A stretch of 64,000 nucleotides of DNA, taken from NCBI GenBank assembly GCA_965212055.1, contig OZ243041.1:800001-864000 (forward strand). The letters are read 5' to 3'. This DNA comes from Fidelibacterota bacterium (lineage in GTDB: Bacteria > Fidelibacterota > Marinisomatia > Marinisomatales > Marinisomataceae). The translations under genes were made by a program, and so were the position numbers. The notes beneath the pieces are model-generated. The model was not told where the DNA came from, made no database searches, and was given only the letters and a program-made list of their open reading frames with translations. Shown here piece by piece: positions 32,538-41,874 of this stretch. Within the stretch, counting starts at the first letter, position 1. Each line of letters begins with the position of its first letter.

Positions 32538-33353
32538 TTACTCGTCGAGAAACTCCCTAATCTCATTCTCTAGTATCATTCCAGCATCTTCATTAAGATG
32601 AATATGATCGCATAATGCTTTTAAACCATATTTTTTTCCAATTCGATTCCAATTCTGACCAAAAACATAGTGTAATATTATTGCTCTAAGAACCCGAATT
32701 GTACGCCACTGAGTGGTTTGATAAGGATAACTAGAACTATTATCACCAATAAACTGGCCAAGATGACTGAAGAAATCAATTAATACTAAATCATATTTGC
32801 TAGCCATTTTTTTAATAATATTATTGAATTCTTTAACCACACCAATAATATCATCTGAAGCACGTTCTCCAATCCATGGCAAAGTACTAATAGCAATTTT
32901 TGCATGGCTATGAGATTTCATATATTGAATCATAGATTCTAATTCTTTTTCATACCAGTCCATTGATGGTAATTGCGGCAATCCTTTATTTTGTACATAA
33001 TATTCTTGAATAAACTTAATTTTTTGACTCCCCATTGCATCATTGGTACCAATAAGAATAGTAATATAATCTGGATTACATTTTAAGGCATTTTTTAGTC
33101 TTTGATTTAGATTCCATGCTAAATCTCCATTGATTCCAGCATTGACATATATTTTTGAAGAATCTTGTTCTCTTAATGCTCCTACCCAATTATATCCTAT
33201 ATGTCCATGCGTAATGCTATCTCCACAACAAAGAACAATTGGACGATTATCGCTAGAATCCCTTACAAAAGAATCAGCAGACATTTTAGGTAATCCCCAT
33301 GCATGTTTTATAATAGGAAATCTCCATGCATTCATTAGAATATATCTTAACAT
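32538..33353 (-). CDS. SGNH/GDSL hydrolase
   Basis: GDSIT, NAGING, IGTND, DHIH blocks. Confidence 0.92.
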   Translation of the reverse strand: MLRYILMNAWRFPIIKHAWGLPKMSADSFVRDSSDNRPIVLCCGDSITHGHIGYNWVGALREQDSSKIYVNAGINGDLAWNLNQRLKNALKCNPDYITILIGTNDAMGSQKIKFIQEYYVQNKGLPQLPSMDWYEKELESMIQYMKSHSHAKIAISTLPWIGERASDDIIGVVKEFNNIIKKMASKYDLVLIDFFSHLGQFIGDNSSSYPYQTTQWRTIRVLRAIILHYVFGQNWNRIGKKYGLKALCDHIHLNEDAGMILENEIREFLDE

Positions 33354-33386
33354 ATAATATTTATTGAGTGAGGTAAGCGTTTCCTC

Positions 33387-34334
33387 TTAGAATTTAAACT
33401 GAAAATTAACCCCTGCTTCTGATGTACCATCATTAGAACGTAAATGTGGTGCAATCATTAGGCCTTTAGTTGGATTAAATTCTAAGCCTGCTAAAAAATA
33501 ATTTGTATCTTTATTACCCGATACCATATCATATTTTAAAAATAAATTTTTGCTAGATTCTAAATCATAATTACAATAGATAGATGTAAGACTATCATTA
33601 TAATTTCCATCCAATAAACCTGAATCGTTCAATTGATTCCACTCCATCCCAACACGTAAATTATCTTTTGCATATGCACCAAAAATACCCAAGACTCTTT
33701 TCTCATGTTTTCCGATTGGTTCCTCTGGAATTCCTACTTCTCCTTCTCGTTTATAAGGCTCATATGACAAGACTGTACCAAGATTAAATCCATCAGATTT
33801 AGATAGATTAGTGTTACCATAAACAAATTGTAAAGATGTCTTTTTATATGAATCAGTTTCAGATTTTTTATATCCTGCACCGTTTGTCAATAATACACTG
33901 TAACTAAATATAGAGTTAGATCCATAGTAACCAACTCCCATATCAGCAGAACTTGAATAACCAAAACGATCCATCACCGTTTTGTCTAGATAACGTTTCC
34001 CCCAATTTCCTTCTTGAATCTTAAACATATTCATACCTTGTAATCCAATAACAACTTTACCATTGAGAGTTTTCCAATCTACTTTTGCATTTTTAATATA
34101 TACATCTTGTGGGGAACTCTTAGGATCAATATCTGTAAGAAATTTAAAAGAAAGATCGTCTGATATTTTCTTATCAATACTTAAATAAGCTCTTTTTAAT
34201 CCAAATCCATTGATTACATCTTCATCGTCTGAATATGAATAACTAAAAACAACTTTTCCACTAATATCTTGTGCAATTAATGTGGAAAAGAAGAAGAAGA
34301 ATACATAATTCTTTTTTATGAATAACATATTCAT
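33387..34334 (-). CDS. Outer-membrane beta-barrel porin-like protein (phosphate-selective porin-like)
   Basis: Signal peptide, GFGLKRAYL and YIKNAKVDW strands, amphipathic beta pattern, terminal FQFKF. Confidence 0.65.
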   Translation of the reverse strand: MNMLFIKKNYVFFFFFSTLIAQDISGKVVFSYSYSDDEDVINGFGLKRAYLSIDKKISDDLSFKFLTDIDPKSSPQDVYIKNAKVDWKTLNGKVVIGLQGMNMFKIQEGNWGKRYLDKTVMDRFGYSSSADMGVGYYGSNSIFSYSVLLTNGAGYKKSETDSYKKTSLQFVYGNTNLSKSDGFNLGTVLSYEPYKREGEVGIPEEPIGKHEKRVLGIFGAYAKDNLRVGMEWNQLNDSGLLDGNYNDSLTSIYCNYDLESSKNLFLKYDMVSGNKDTNYFLAGLEFNPTKGLMIAPHLRSNDGTSEAGVNFQFKF

Positions 34335-35084
34335 TTATTTTACAATACTAAGTAATTCTATTTCAAAAATAAGAGTTGAGGCGGGTGGAATAACAAATGT
34401 TCCCATCTCTTGGCCAGGAACTCCACTTTCTCCATACGCTAAATTATATGGAATATAAACTTCCCACTTAGAACCAACAGGCATAATCTGTAATATCTCT
34501 GTCCATCCTGGTATCACTCCTTGTACTGGGAATGTCGCAGGAGTACCGCGATCATGACTACTATCAAATTTATGTCCATCAATTAAATATCCACTATAAT
34601 GAACAGTAACCTCATCATCATAATCTGGTACATCTCCCGTGCCAATGATAATTTTTTTAAATTGAAGATTGCTTCTTCTTACTAGAACACCTTCTTTCGT
34701 TTTATTCTCATCGAGAAATTCTTGACTTTTTATTTTATTTTCTCTAGATAATTTTAGGAATTCTTCACCTGCTTCTTTCATTTCTTCCCTTTCAAAACCA
34801 GCCATTTCAATATTAAACTTCATTAAGATCTCTTGTCTTTCAGTAACATCCAGTAAAGGTTCCTCATTGGTAAAAAAATCATCCAATCCTTTTTTGATTA
34901 GTTCTTTATCAACATCGGCATAGGATGGTAGATTTTTTCCAATATTAATACCCATAGTATAACTCAAAGAATCTTTAAATGTATTTAATGTACTATCATC
35001 AGGATTAGATTGATTATCAGTGTTATTCTGATTACATGCTATTACAAAAATAATTATTGGTAATAATAATTTTTTAATGTCCAT
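34335..35084 (-). CDS. FKBP-type peptidyl-prolyl isomerase (FkpA/Mip-like lipoprotein)
   Basis: VIAC lipobox, DSLSYTMG, VTVHYSG, FDSS, VIPGW, IPPASTLIFEIEL. Confidence 0.95.
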   Translation of the reverse strand: MDIKKLLLPIIIFVIACNQNNTDNQSNPDDSTLNTFKDSLSYTMGINIGKNLPSYADVDKELIKKGLDDFFTNEEPLLDVTERQEILMKFNIEMAGFEREEMKEAGEEFLKLSRENKIKSQEFLDENKTKEGVLVRRSNLQFKKIIIGTGDVPDYDDEVTVHYSGYLIDGHKFDSSHDRGTPATFPVQGVIPGWTEILQIMPVGSKWEVYIPYNLAYGESGVPGQEMGTFVIPPASTLIFEIELLSIVK

Positions 35085-35104
35085 CTTTATATTCCCTATA
35101 TAGT

Positions 35105-36109
35105 TTAAAGCGCACTATACCATTGTATGGTATATGCAAGCGCTACACTAATCATCAACCCTAACATTAATCGGAGGAAATCTTTATATAACATTGGGAA
35201 AATAGCTTTTTTGTGTCTACTAGTATATGTTAATTCTCCATAACCAATAGCCATCCAAATTCCAAGTTCCCTACCTGCTAACATTCCCATAAAGACAAAT
35301 GTAGTGCTCATTGGTATATTATTGACTTCTTTGAAATAATACAAAACAAAACAATAAACCAGATCAATAAACGTCGCTGATCGAACATATCTTGTATTGG
35401 TTTTTGATAAAACAATTTCTTGTATTTTCCCACCTCTTTCGTAAAACATGAATCCCAAACCTAAAAGCATTGCACCAATAACAAAGAACTTAAAATCGAT
35501 ACCACCCATGTCACTATATCTTGGTAAAAATACCATGATATTTGCCATATCATGCTTCAACCACGTTGCCCATAACCAGCCAGTGGTCAACCATTGAGCA
35601 ACTCTCCAATAGTTATTATATTTATTGTCCCCTTTCTCTCCTTCATATAAAATATACTTGCTAATTAACCACCAAGATCCCCAAGCAAAAACAAAGGATA
35701 CCGCATAACCTAGAAAACTCTTTAATAACATGTCTTCCAGTAGGCCAGCTCCTGCAAAAACTGATAAGACTAGGAATGTAGTTGATACTGGTATTTTTAA
35801 TCTTGTTAAGATAATCAAAACTAATGGTGCTACTGCGTGATACCATTGTATTTTTAGTTTAACTAAAATACCATCATCTTCAGGAAAGTGAATACCATCT
35901 AACCTTCCAAAAGCTGGATCACCAGCATGAAAACCCTGAATCATGGTAAATACAAAAATAGAACCCATGTATGCAAACATCCAATACCATTTAATATCAT
36001 CACGATTGGATGCAATGTAAGTTCCTAATGTTTGGATACTATCATTTGCTGTAACAGCATAAACAGCAAATAGAAAACCAAATAAAGACCACAATGTAAG
36101 AAAGTCCAT
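35105..36109 (-). CDS. Polytopic membrane protein, PiT (phosphate/sulfate permease)-like
   Basis: Duplicated PiT-like motifs ANDSIQT...PVSTT and HDMAN...PMSTT. Confidence 0.7.
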   Translation of the reverse strand: MDFLTLWSLFGFLFAVYAVTANDSIQTLGTYIASNRDDIKWYWMFAYMGSIFVFTMIQGFHAGDPAFGRLDGIHFPEDDGILVKLKIQWYHAVAPLVLIILTRLKIPVSTTFLVLSVFAGAGLLEDMLLKSFLGYAVSFVFAWGSWWLISKYILYEGEKGDNKYNNYWRVAQWLTTGWLWATWLKHDMANIMVFLPRYSDMGGIDFKFFVIGAMLLGLGFMFYERGGKIQEIVLSKTNTRYVRSATFIDLVYCFVLYYFKEVNNIPMSTTFVFMGMLAGRELGIWMAIGYGELTYTSRHKKAIFPMLYKDFLRLMLGLMISVALAYTIQWYSAL

Positions 36110-36171
36110 TCTATTCCCTTTTGTTAATAAATCGACTTATTTTTTTCATTCATCTTATTAGCAGTATGCTG

Positions 36172-36244
36172 CTCCGGAGGAGGGACTCGAACCCCCGACC
36201 TGGTGATTAACAGTCACTCGCTCTACCAACTGAGCTACTCCGGA
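36172..36244 (-). tRNA. tRNA-Asn (anticodon GTT), CCA not encoded
   Basis: Reverse complement TCCGGAGTAGCTCAGTTGGTAGAGCGAGTGACTGTTAATCACCAGGTCGGGGGTTCGAGTCCCTCCTCCGGAG. Confidence 0.97.
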
Positions 36245-36294
36245 ATCGAGATGGAATTTCTCACGATATTATATAAAAAATCAAGTAATAATTA

Positions 36295-38217
36295 TCAAAC
36301 TTCAAGTTCAACAATTAAATCTTTAGATAAATCAAATTGTGCATGATCTGAAACATCCTTAGAAATAATAACTTTATTGTTATCTGATACTGATCCAAGA
36401 CGAGCATGGGTAGACTTCAGCCCTCCCAGATACCATCTATGATCACTAATATAAATTAGGTCTCCTTTGTTGCCTTTAATCTTGTCCATATAATTCTTTG
36501 GCAACGATACTTCATTGTTGTCTTTTTGTGTTACTTCTACTTCCGATCCAGCAAACTGAATAGTTAAGCCTGCATTTTTATTCACATCAGATCCTTTAAA
36601 GTATTGTGGACCATCCTTAATCGTCCAAATGGTCAATCCTTTAATGCGATCATAATCTTTTGGAGGTTTTGTAAATAAGGTCACAATGATACCAATAGAT
36701 GCACATGCAACCACATTATATAATGCTCTAATATAAGACCAAGGTTTTTCCTCAACAAATTCGATGCCATGAGAAAATGGTTGTACAAATATCTTCGGAT
36801 ATTCAATGCCTAACATAATAAAGACCGCTCCCAGAACAAATGTTAGAACGGCAGCTCTAGAGGAAAATCTTTTCCAAAAGATTCCTAAAAATATTACCGT
36901 AACCATTGGAGGAGTAACAACACTATGGAATGCGCCATGTGCTTCATAAATCGTACCATATTTACTAAATAGAAAAGCAGCTTGTATCCCAATAAATGTC
37001 ACTAATAAAGATGTAAACATCGAAACACGTAGTCGAGTTTTTTCAGATGGATTTTTACTCAATGGAGTATAAATATCATTCACCGCTACTGCTGCTGATG
37101 CATTAATTTGAGAATCAAGACTGGACATTAGTGCAGCAACTACTGCTGCCACTAAGAAAGCAAAAATTGCTTCAGATCCTGATACCATACCAGCTACTAC
37201 CGTAAAAATTCCATTTGGATCTGTTGTTTCTGGAATAGTTGATGAAAAATGTGTACCCCAACGAGTAAATATTGAACTTCCAGCGGAGTGATACATCCCG
37301 GTTAAACCTGAATCAAAATTTACAATAGCTCTTCCTATCCAACCAGAGTTTGATACTGCAACCGTACCAATGGGTAAGAATACCAAAACATTCATCATAG
37401 TTGCTCGCCTAGCATGCACAACGGAACGTGCTGCTAAGAAACGCATAATAACAGCTTGATTCATGAAAGCAAATCCTACAGATCCTACTACACCATCTTG
37501 CCAAAAAATACCAGCAAAATTAAAATCAGGTGGAGAATTAAAATCAGCTAGAGGCAATTTGTTTGCTACCGATAGATTACCCAAAAATGAATCAAATCCT
37601 CCTAGATAAGCAATGCCTAATCCAAAGATTAGAAGGCCAGCAAACAATAGAATAACGCCCTGGAGAAAATCAGTAAAGATAATTGCTGTTTGCCCTCCTA
37701 TAGAAACATAAATACCAGAAATAACAGCTACGACGATGATGATGGTGTTAATTTCCCATCCTAAAATAGGTTGTAGTAATGATCCAAGAGCAAGTAATCC
37801 AATACCAATATATCCCACCAAATATAATAACATAGTAAAGGTTGATAAATTTCTGACTGTACTATTGAAACGACGTTGAAAATACTCAGGAATGGAATTA
37901 ACCTGCATATAATAAATAATTGGAATCCATCCAAATAATAATAATGGCATAAAAAACCAATCATTCATATAGGTCATTGTAGATGAAAATCCATACTCAA
38001 ACCCCTTAGAAGCATATTTTGCAAAACTATGCGATCCTACCCCTGTAGCTAACATAGACATTGCAATTAACCACCAAGAAAATCGTCTCCCACCAAAAAA
38101 GAAATCTTCAGTTGATTTGTTATTACGGGCAAAAAATAATCCTGCGCCCAACACAAAAAAAACATAACAAACTAAGATTACCCAAAATAATTCAGTTGTT
38201 GGAATAGGTGTGTTCAT
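36295..38217 (-). CDS. Sodium:solute symporter (SSS) with extra soluble C-terminal region
   Basis: EDFFFGGRRFSWW, IPEYFQRRF, GGQTAIIFTDFLQ, AALMSSLDS. Confidence 0.92.
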   Translation of the reverse strand: MNTPIPTTELFWVILVCYVFFVLGAGLFFARNNKSTEDFFFGGRRFSWWLIAMSMLATGVGSHSFAKYASKGFEYGFSSTMTYMNDWFFMPLLLFGWIPIIYYMQVNSIPEYFQRRFNSTVRNLSTFTMLLYLVGYIGIGLLALGSLLQPILGWEINTIIIVVAVISGIYVSIGGQTAIIFTDFLQGVILLFAGLLIFGLGIAYLGGFDSFLGNLSVANKLPLADFNSPPDFNFAGIFWQDGVVGSVGFAFMNQAVIMRFLAARSVVHARRATMMNVLVFLPIGTVAVSNSGWIGRAIVNFDSGLTGMYHSAGSSIFTRWGTHFSSTIPETTDPNGIFTVVAGMVSGSEAIFAFLVAAVVAALMSSLDSQINASAAVAVNDIYTPLSKNPSEKTRLRVSMFTSLLVTFIGIQAAFLFSKYGTIYEAHGAFHSVVTPPMVTVIFLGIFWKRFSSRAAVLTFVLGAVFIMLGIEYPKIFVQPFSHGIEFVEEKPWSYIRALYNVVACASIGIIVTLFTKPPKDYDRIKGLTIWTIKDGPQYFKGSDVNKNAGLTIQFAGSEVEVTQKDNNEVSLPKNYMDKIKGNKGDLIYISDHRWYLGGLKSTHARLGSVSDNNKVIISKDVSDHAQFDLSKDLIVELEV

Positions 38218-38498
38218 TTGATATTCCTCACAAGGATACCAACGTTTAATATATACAAAGCGATAATGAGTAGATACATCTTGGGAGCATTATTCAATGC
38301 TGATAATGTCATCAATAAATGAATAGAAAAAATATAAATAAATCCCCATACTAAAACTTGCATCCATATTTTATGCTTCGTCCAAAATTCACTACCGCCA
38401 TAAGCACGGAATATTGTGAAAAGTCCACCACCAAAAATTAGGAGACCAAAACCATACTGATACATAAGAGGAAGCCAAGAATGAGTAAAGAAATCCAT
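38214..38498 (-). CDS. Small membrane protein (3 TM), translationally coupled to the SSS gene
   Basis: Hydrophobic 94-aa ORF with ATGA overlap. Confidence 0.8.
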   Translation of the reverse strand: MDFFTHSWLPLMYQYGFGLLIFGGGLFTIFRAYGGSEFWTKHKIWMQVLVWGFIYIFSIHLLMTLSALNNAPKMYLLIIALYILNVGILVRNIK

Positions 38499-38992
38499 TA
38501 TTTCATTTCCTCAAAGAATGGTTTCAACTGATCATAGGTATCATACAACCCTTGTGCAACAACCTTTGTTGATCCTACCACTGGCATAAAAGAAGTATCA
38601 GATGTCCATCGTGGAACAATATGAAAATGTAAATGTCCTTCAATGGATGCACCAGATCCTTTACCAATATTTGCTCCAAAATTGAATCCGTGACATTGTA
38701 AATTTTCTCTTAAAATTTTCATAGTTTTTTTAGTAATTTGCATAATCTCTGTTAATGTTTCGTCTGCTAAATTTTCTACTGAATCTGATTCCTCATATGG
38801 AACAACCATTAAATGCCCATTATTATATGGATAATAATTCATAATGATATAACAAAATTCACCACGATAAAGAATAAGATTTTCTTTATCTTCAGCTTCA
38901 TTCGGTTTACTAGAAAAAATCTTTTGAGATGCATCTTTATTCTTAATGTATTCCATTTTCCATGGAGCCCATAAATGTTTTTTATGTGACAT
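38498..38992 (-). CDS. HIT family protein (Ap4A phosphorylase/hydrolase-like)
   Basis: LWAPWKMEYI, YPYNNGHLMVVP, HLHFHIVPRW; start ATG 38992. Confidence 0.93.
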   Translation of the reverse strand: MSHKKHLWAPWKMEYIKNKDASQKIFSSKPNEAEDKENLILYRGEFCYIIMNYYPYNNGHLMVVPYEESDSVENLADETLTEIMQITKKTMKILRENLQCHGFNFGANIGKGSGASIEGHLHFHIVPRWTSDTSFMPVVGSTKVVAQGLYDTYDQLKPFFEEMK

Positions 38993-39272
38993 ATTCGTTT
39001 TCCAATTTGACTTGATCAATTAGCTCTCTCAACATAGGTTTAATATAAATATTATCGAGATTCATTTTACCAAAACATTTTGCTAAAATGTTTACACGTT
39101 GTTCCAATGGCTTGTGTTTATTAATAACAATCAAATTATCAGTAAATAGCAAACAATGATCTCCATTAAAATCTCCTTTATCATGTACAATCTTTACATT
39201 TAACCGATCGCTTAACTCGATAAAATCATTAATAAGTTCTTCATATTTTTTATTTATTTCTTTGAGTCGCAT
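38982..39272 (-). CDS. Hypothetical protein (96 aa)
   Basis: Fills the operon with overlaps on both sides; KGDFNG...IVINK...IYIKPMLRE. Confidence 0.75.
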   Translation of the reverse strand: MRLKEINKKYEELINDFIELSDRLNVKIVHDKGDFNGDHCLLFTDNLIVINKHKPLEQRVNILAKCFGKMNLDNIYIKPMLRELIDQVKLENEYVT

Positions 39273-39667
39273 TTGATTCCAGTAATTTTACTACTACTTC
39301 TAATTTTTTCTCCTAAACCATCCACCATTTTGATAGAATATTTTTCCATAACAGCAGTTTCTGGTACTTCACTTAGACTTCTATCCCCACCATTGGCAAA
39401 AATATCTGGTTTCAGAAATTCCAAACTTTTACACACACTTTTGTCATCATCAATGCTCAAAAATACTTCATCAACAGACTGTAATGCAGAAACAATTTCC
39501 ATTCTATCATTTTCATTCATGAAAGACTTCCCTTTTTTTAAGACAGCTTGTTGATCATTATTAACAATCACAACCAATTTATCTCCCAGTTGTCTTGCAA
39601 GCTTTAAAAATTCTAAATGCCCTACATGAATTGGATCAAAATATCCACTTACAGCTACAACAATCAT
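39254..39667 (-). CDS. Cytidylyltransferase/adenylyltransferase-like protein (HxGH family)
   Basis: SGYFDPIHVGH, FANGGDR, terminal RSSS. Confidence 0.9.
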   Translation of the reverse strand: MIVVAVSGYFDPIHVGHLEFLKLARQLGDKLVVIVNNDQQAVLKKGKSFMNENDRMEIVSALQSVDEVFLSIDDDKSVCKSLEFLKPDIFANGGDRSLSEVPETAVMEKYSIKMVDGLGEKIRSSSKITGIKCDSKK

Positions 39668-39668
39668 T

Positions 39669-40244
39669 TTATTCTTCCTTTTCTAAGCTATAGTTCCACA
39701 TTGGAATTTCTAATTCCCAATTGGCTCTCAAAATTAATGAATCAGGATAAACATAAAATCTTTCAGCAAATTGTTCATCAGTAAAAGATCCCATATTTAA
39801 GATTAAATCATTATTTCTATCTTCATAAATCAATAATTGATATTTCCCTTCCAAAACTTCATCAATAGTATAATTACCTCCTAATTCTACCGCATTGGTA
39901 TAATTGTTCTTTGTATTTTTTAAAAATACATTAATAGGATGAAGAAAATTACCCTTAACAGATCCCAATATGGTAGCCGTCTTTATCAATGCTTTTTTAT
40001 CAGTATCATCAACTGTCAAACTATCAGAAGATACAACACTCTCTTCTTTTTTTATAGGTCTTGTAAGATAGAAATTAATATTACTTAATGAATCATTATG
40101 CAACGATAATTTATTTTTTCGATAAAACGAGAATGCTTCTTTTGTATAATCAATATTTGATCCATATTGTTGAACTGCTAAAATTGAAAACTCTGTATTA
40201 GGTAAAAAATTAAACTGATATGCCCCATTTGATGATGCACGCAA
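39669..40244 (-). CDS. C-terminal fragment of a frameshifted Ig-like-domain lipoprotein
   Basis: Frame continues upstream as PDYILRASSNGAYQF; YEDRNND motif; joins the upstream ORF if one C is added at the run 40255-40258. Confidence 0.7.
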   Translation of the reverse strand: MRASSNGAYQFNFLPNTEFSILAVQQYGSNIDYTKEAFSFYRKNKLSLHNDSLSNINFYLTRPIKKEESVVSSDSLTVDDTDKKALIKTATILGSVKGNFLHPINVFLKNTKNNYTNAVELGGNYTIDEVLEGKYQLLIYEDRNNDLILNMGSFTDEQFAERFYVYPDSLILRANWELEIPMWNYSLEKEE

Positions 40245-40759
40245 AATATAATCTGGGGAGTATCGAGCATCATAGCTTTACTTGGATTGTTCAGCCATAA
40301 GAGAATAAATGCAGTATTAAAATCTCCAAAAATAGTTCCTTCAATTCTACCAGAATGGAAGACAGAATCTCTTGAAAATGGAATAACAATATCTTGAGCA
40401 ATATTTACACCATGTTCATCCTTAAGGTTGGTATCAAACACAAGCATGTATGTAGTATTAGTATCTAAATTTGATGGCATCCAAAAATCAATTTCATTTC
40501 CTTTATATTCATATTTAAAGTCATAGTCTCCAGTTGGAAAAATTTTAATTGCCTTTTTTAAAGATGCTTCTTGTAAATATTCATTGAATTGAATTGTAAT
40601 TTTTTGAGTTGGATTAATTTCGGTCAATATTTTTGGAGTCGTTGAAACTAATTCTGGGGGGATAGCATCAATTGCTCCACCTGGTGGTGCAGATACTGAT
40701 GCACAATTATTAATAAAAATAATTGCCAAAAGTAAAAATAACTTATTCGCTATTCTCAT
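40178..40759 (-). CDS. N-terminal fragment of an Ig-like (Big_5) domain lipoprotein, frameshifted
   Basis: Signal peptide ending INNC, CASVSAPPGGAIDAIPP, ITIQFNEY, LKDEHG. Confidence 0.8.
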   Translation of the reverse strand: MRIANKLFLLLAIIFINNCASVSAPPGGAIDAIPPELVSTTPKILTEINPTQKITIQFNEYLQEASLKKAIKIFPTGDYDFKYEYKGNEIDFWMPSNLDTNTTYMLVFDTNLKDEHGVNIAQDIVIPFSRDSVFHSGRIEGTIFGDFNTAFILLWLNNPSKAMMLDTPQIIFCVHHQMGHISLIFYLIQSFQF

Positions 40760-41870
40760 ATTTTTCTAGATAATCTTCTGACCATTTTACGAAAGTATGG
40801 TTATTAATTTCAAATTTAATTTGATTCATCAAATCAAAGTAATATGCAATATTAATTAGCGTAGCAATTCGCATACCTAAGATTTCATTAATTTGGAATA
40901 AATATCTTAAGTATGATTTAGAATATTCTTTGGCAAAAGTGATATTGCTATTTTCATCAATTGGTGAAATATCATGTTTATACTTATTATTAATAATATT
41001 AATGATTCCTTCACTAGTAAAAAGTTGGCCATTTCTTGCATTCCTTGTTGGCAATACACAGTCAAACATATCTATTCCTCTTAAAACCGATTTTACGATA
41101 TCAGTTGGTTTCCCCACACCCATTAAATATCTTGGATGATTCTCAGGAATCGCTTCACCTAATAAATGTACGGTATTAAACATTGGTTCCTTTTTTTCTC
41201 CTACTGATAATCCTCCGATTGCTATACCAGAATTAGCAAAAGGAAGCATTTGTTCCAGGCATTTTAGTCGCTCATCTTTATCAATGCCTCCTTGGATAAT
41301 AGGAAACAAAATTTGTGTATGGTTATAAAGCGGTTTGTGTGTATCTAAATAATCATACGCTCTTTTGGTCCAATCATGAGTTAATTTAGAAGCTCTTTTT
41401 AATTCTCTTTTTGTACAATTTGCTGGCGGACAATAATCAAATGCCATAATAATATCTGATCCTAATTTTTGCTGAACCTCCATCGAAATTTCTGGAGTAA
41501 AAAGATGCATACTTCCATCAAGATGTGATTTAAAATGAACACCATTATCGGTAATCTTGTTCATTTTATTTAAAGAAAACACTTGATAACCACCGCTATC
41601 TGTTAAGATACTATTAGACCAATTCAAAAATTGATGTAATCCACCATTTTCTTCAATGATGTCTGTTCCAGGTCTTAAGTAAAGATGGTAAGTGTTAGAT
41701 AACATAATTTGTGTGTTCAAATCATACAGTTCATTGGGTGATATCGATTTAACAACTCCATGTGTACCTACTGGCATAAAAACAGGTGTTTCGATAACAG
41801 AGTGGTCTGTCTGAATTTGTCCTGTTCTTGCTAATGAATATTTATCTTTTGATTGAATTATAAATTTCAA
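40743..41870 (-). CDS. tgt: tRNA-guanine transglycosylase
   Basis: TPVFMPVGT, NTYHLYLRPG, TDSGGYQVFSL, GGLSVGE, DMFDCVLPTRNARNG; probable TTG start at 41870. Confidence 0.96.
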   Translation of the reverse strand: MKFIIQSKDKYSLARTGQIQTDHSVIETPVFMPVGTHGVVKSISPNELYDLNTQIMLSNTYHLYLRPGTDIIEENGGLHQFLNWSNSILTDSGGYQVFSLNKMNKITDNGVHFKSHLDGSMHLFTPEISMEVQQKLGSDIIMAFDYCPPANCTKRELKRASKLTHDWTKRAYDYLDTHKPLYNHTQILFPIIQGGIDKDERLKCLEQMLPFANSGIAIGGLSVGEKKEPMFNTVHLLGEAIPENHPRYLMGVGKPTDIVKSVLRGIDMFDCVLPTRNARNGQLFTSEGIINIINNKYKHDISPIDENSNITFAKEYSKSYLRYLFQINEILGMRIATLINIAYYFDLMNQIKFEINNHTFVKWSEDYLEKYENSE

Positions 41871-41874
41871 CGAA

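Noticed and set aside
32463..36244. Integrated mobile element between the tRNAs
   Set aside because: No integrase, no duplicated tRNA 3' end, no obvious compositional shift
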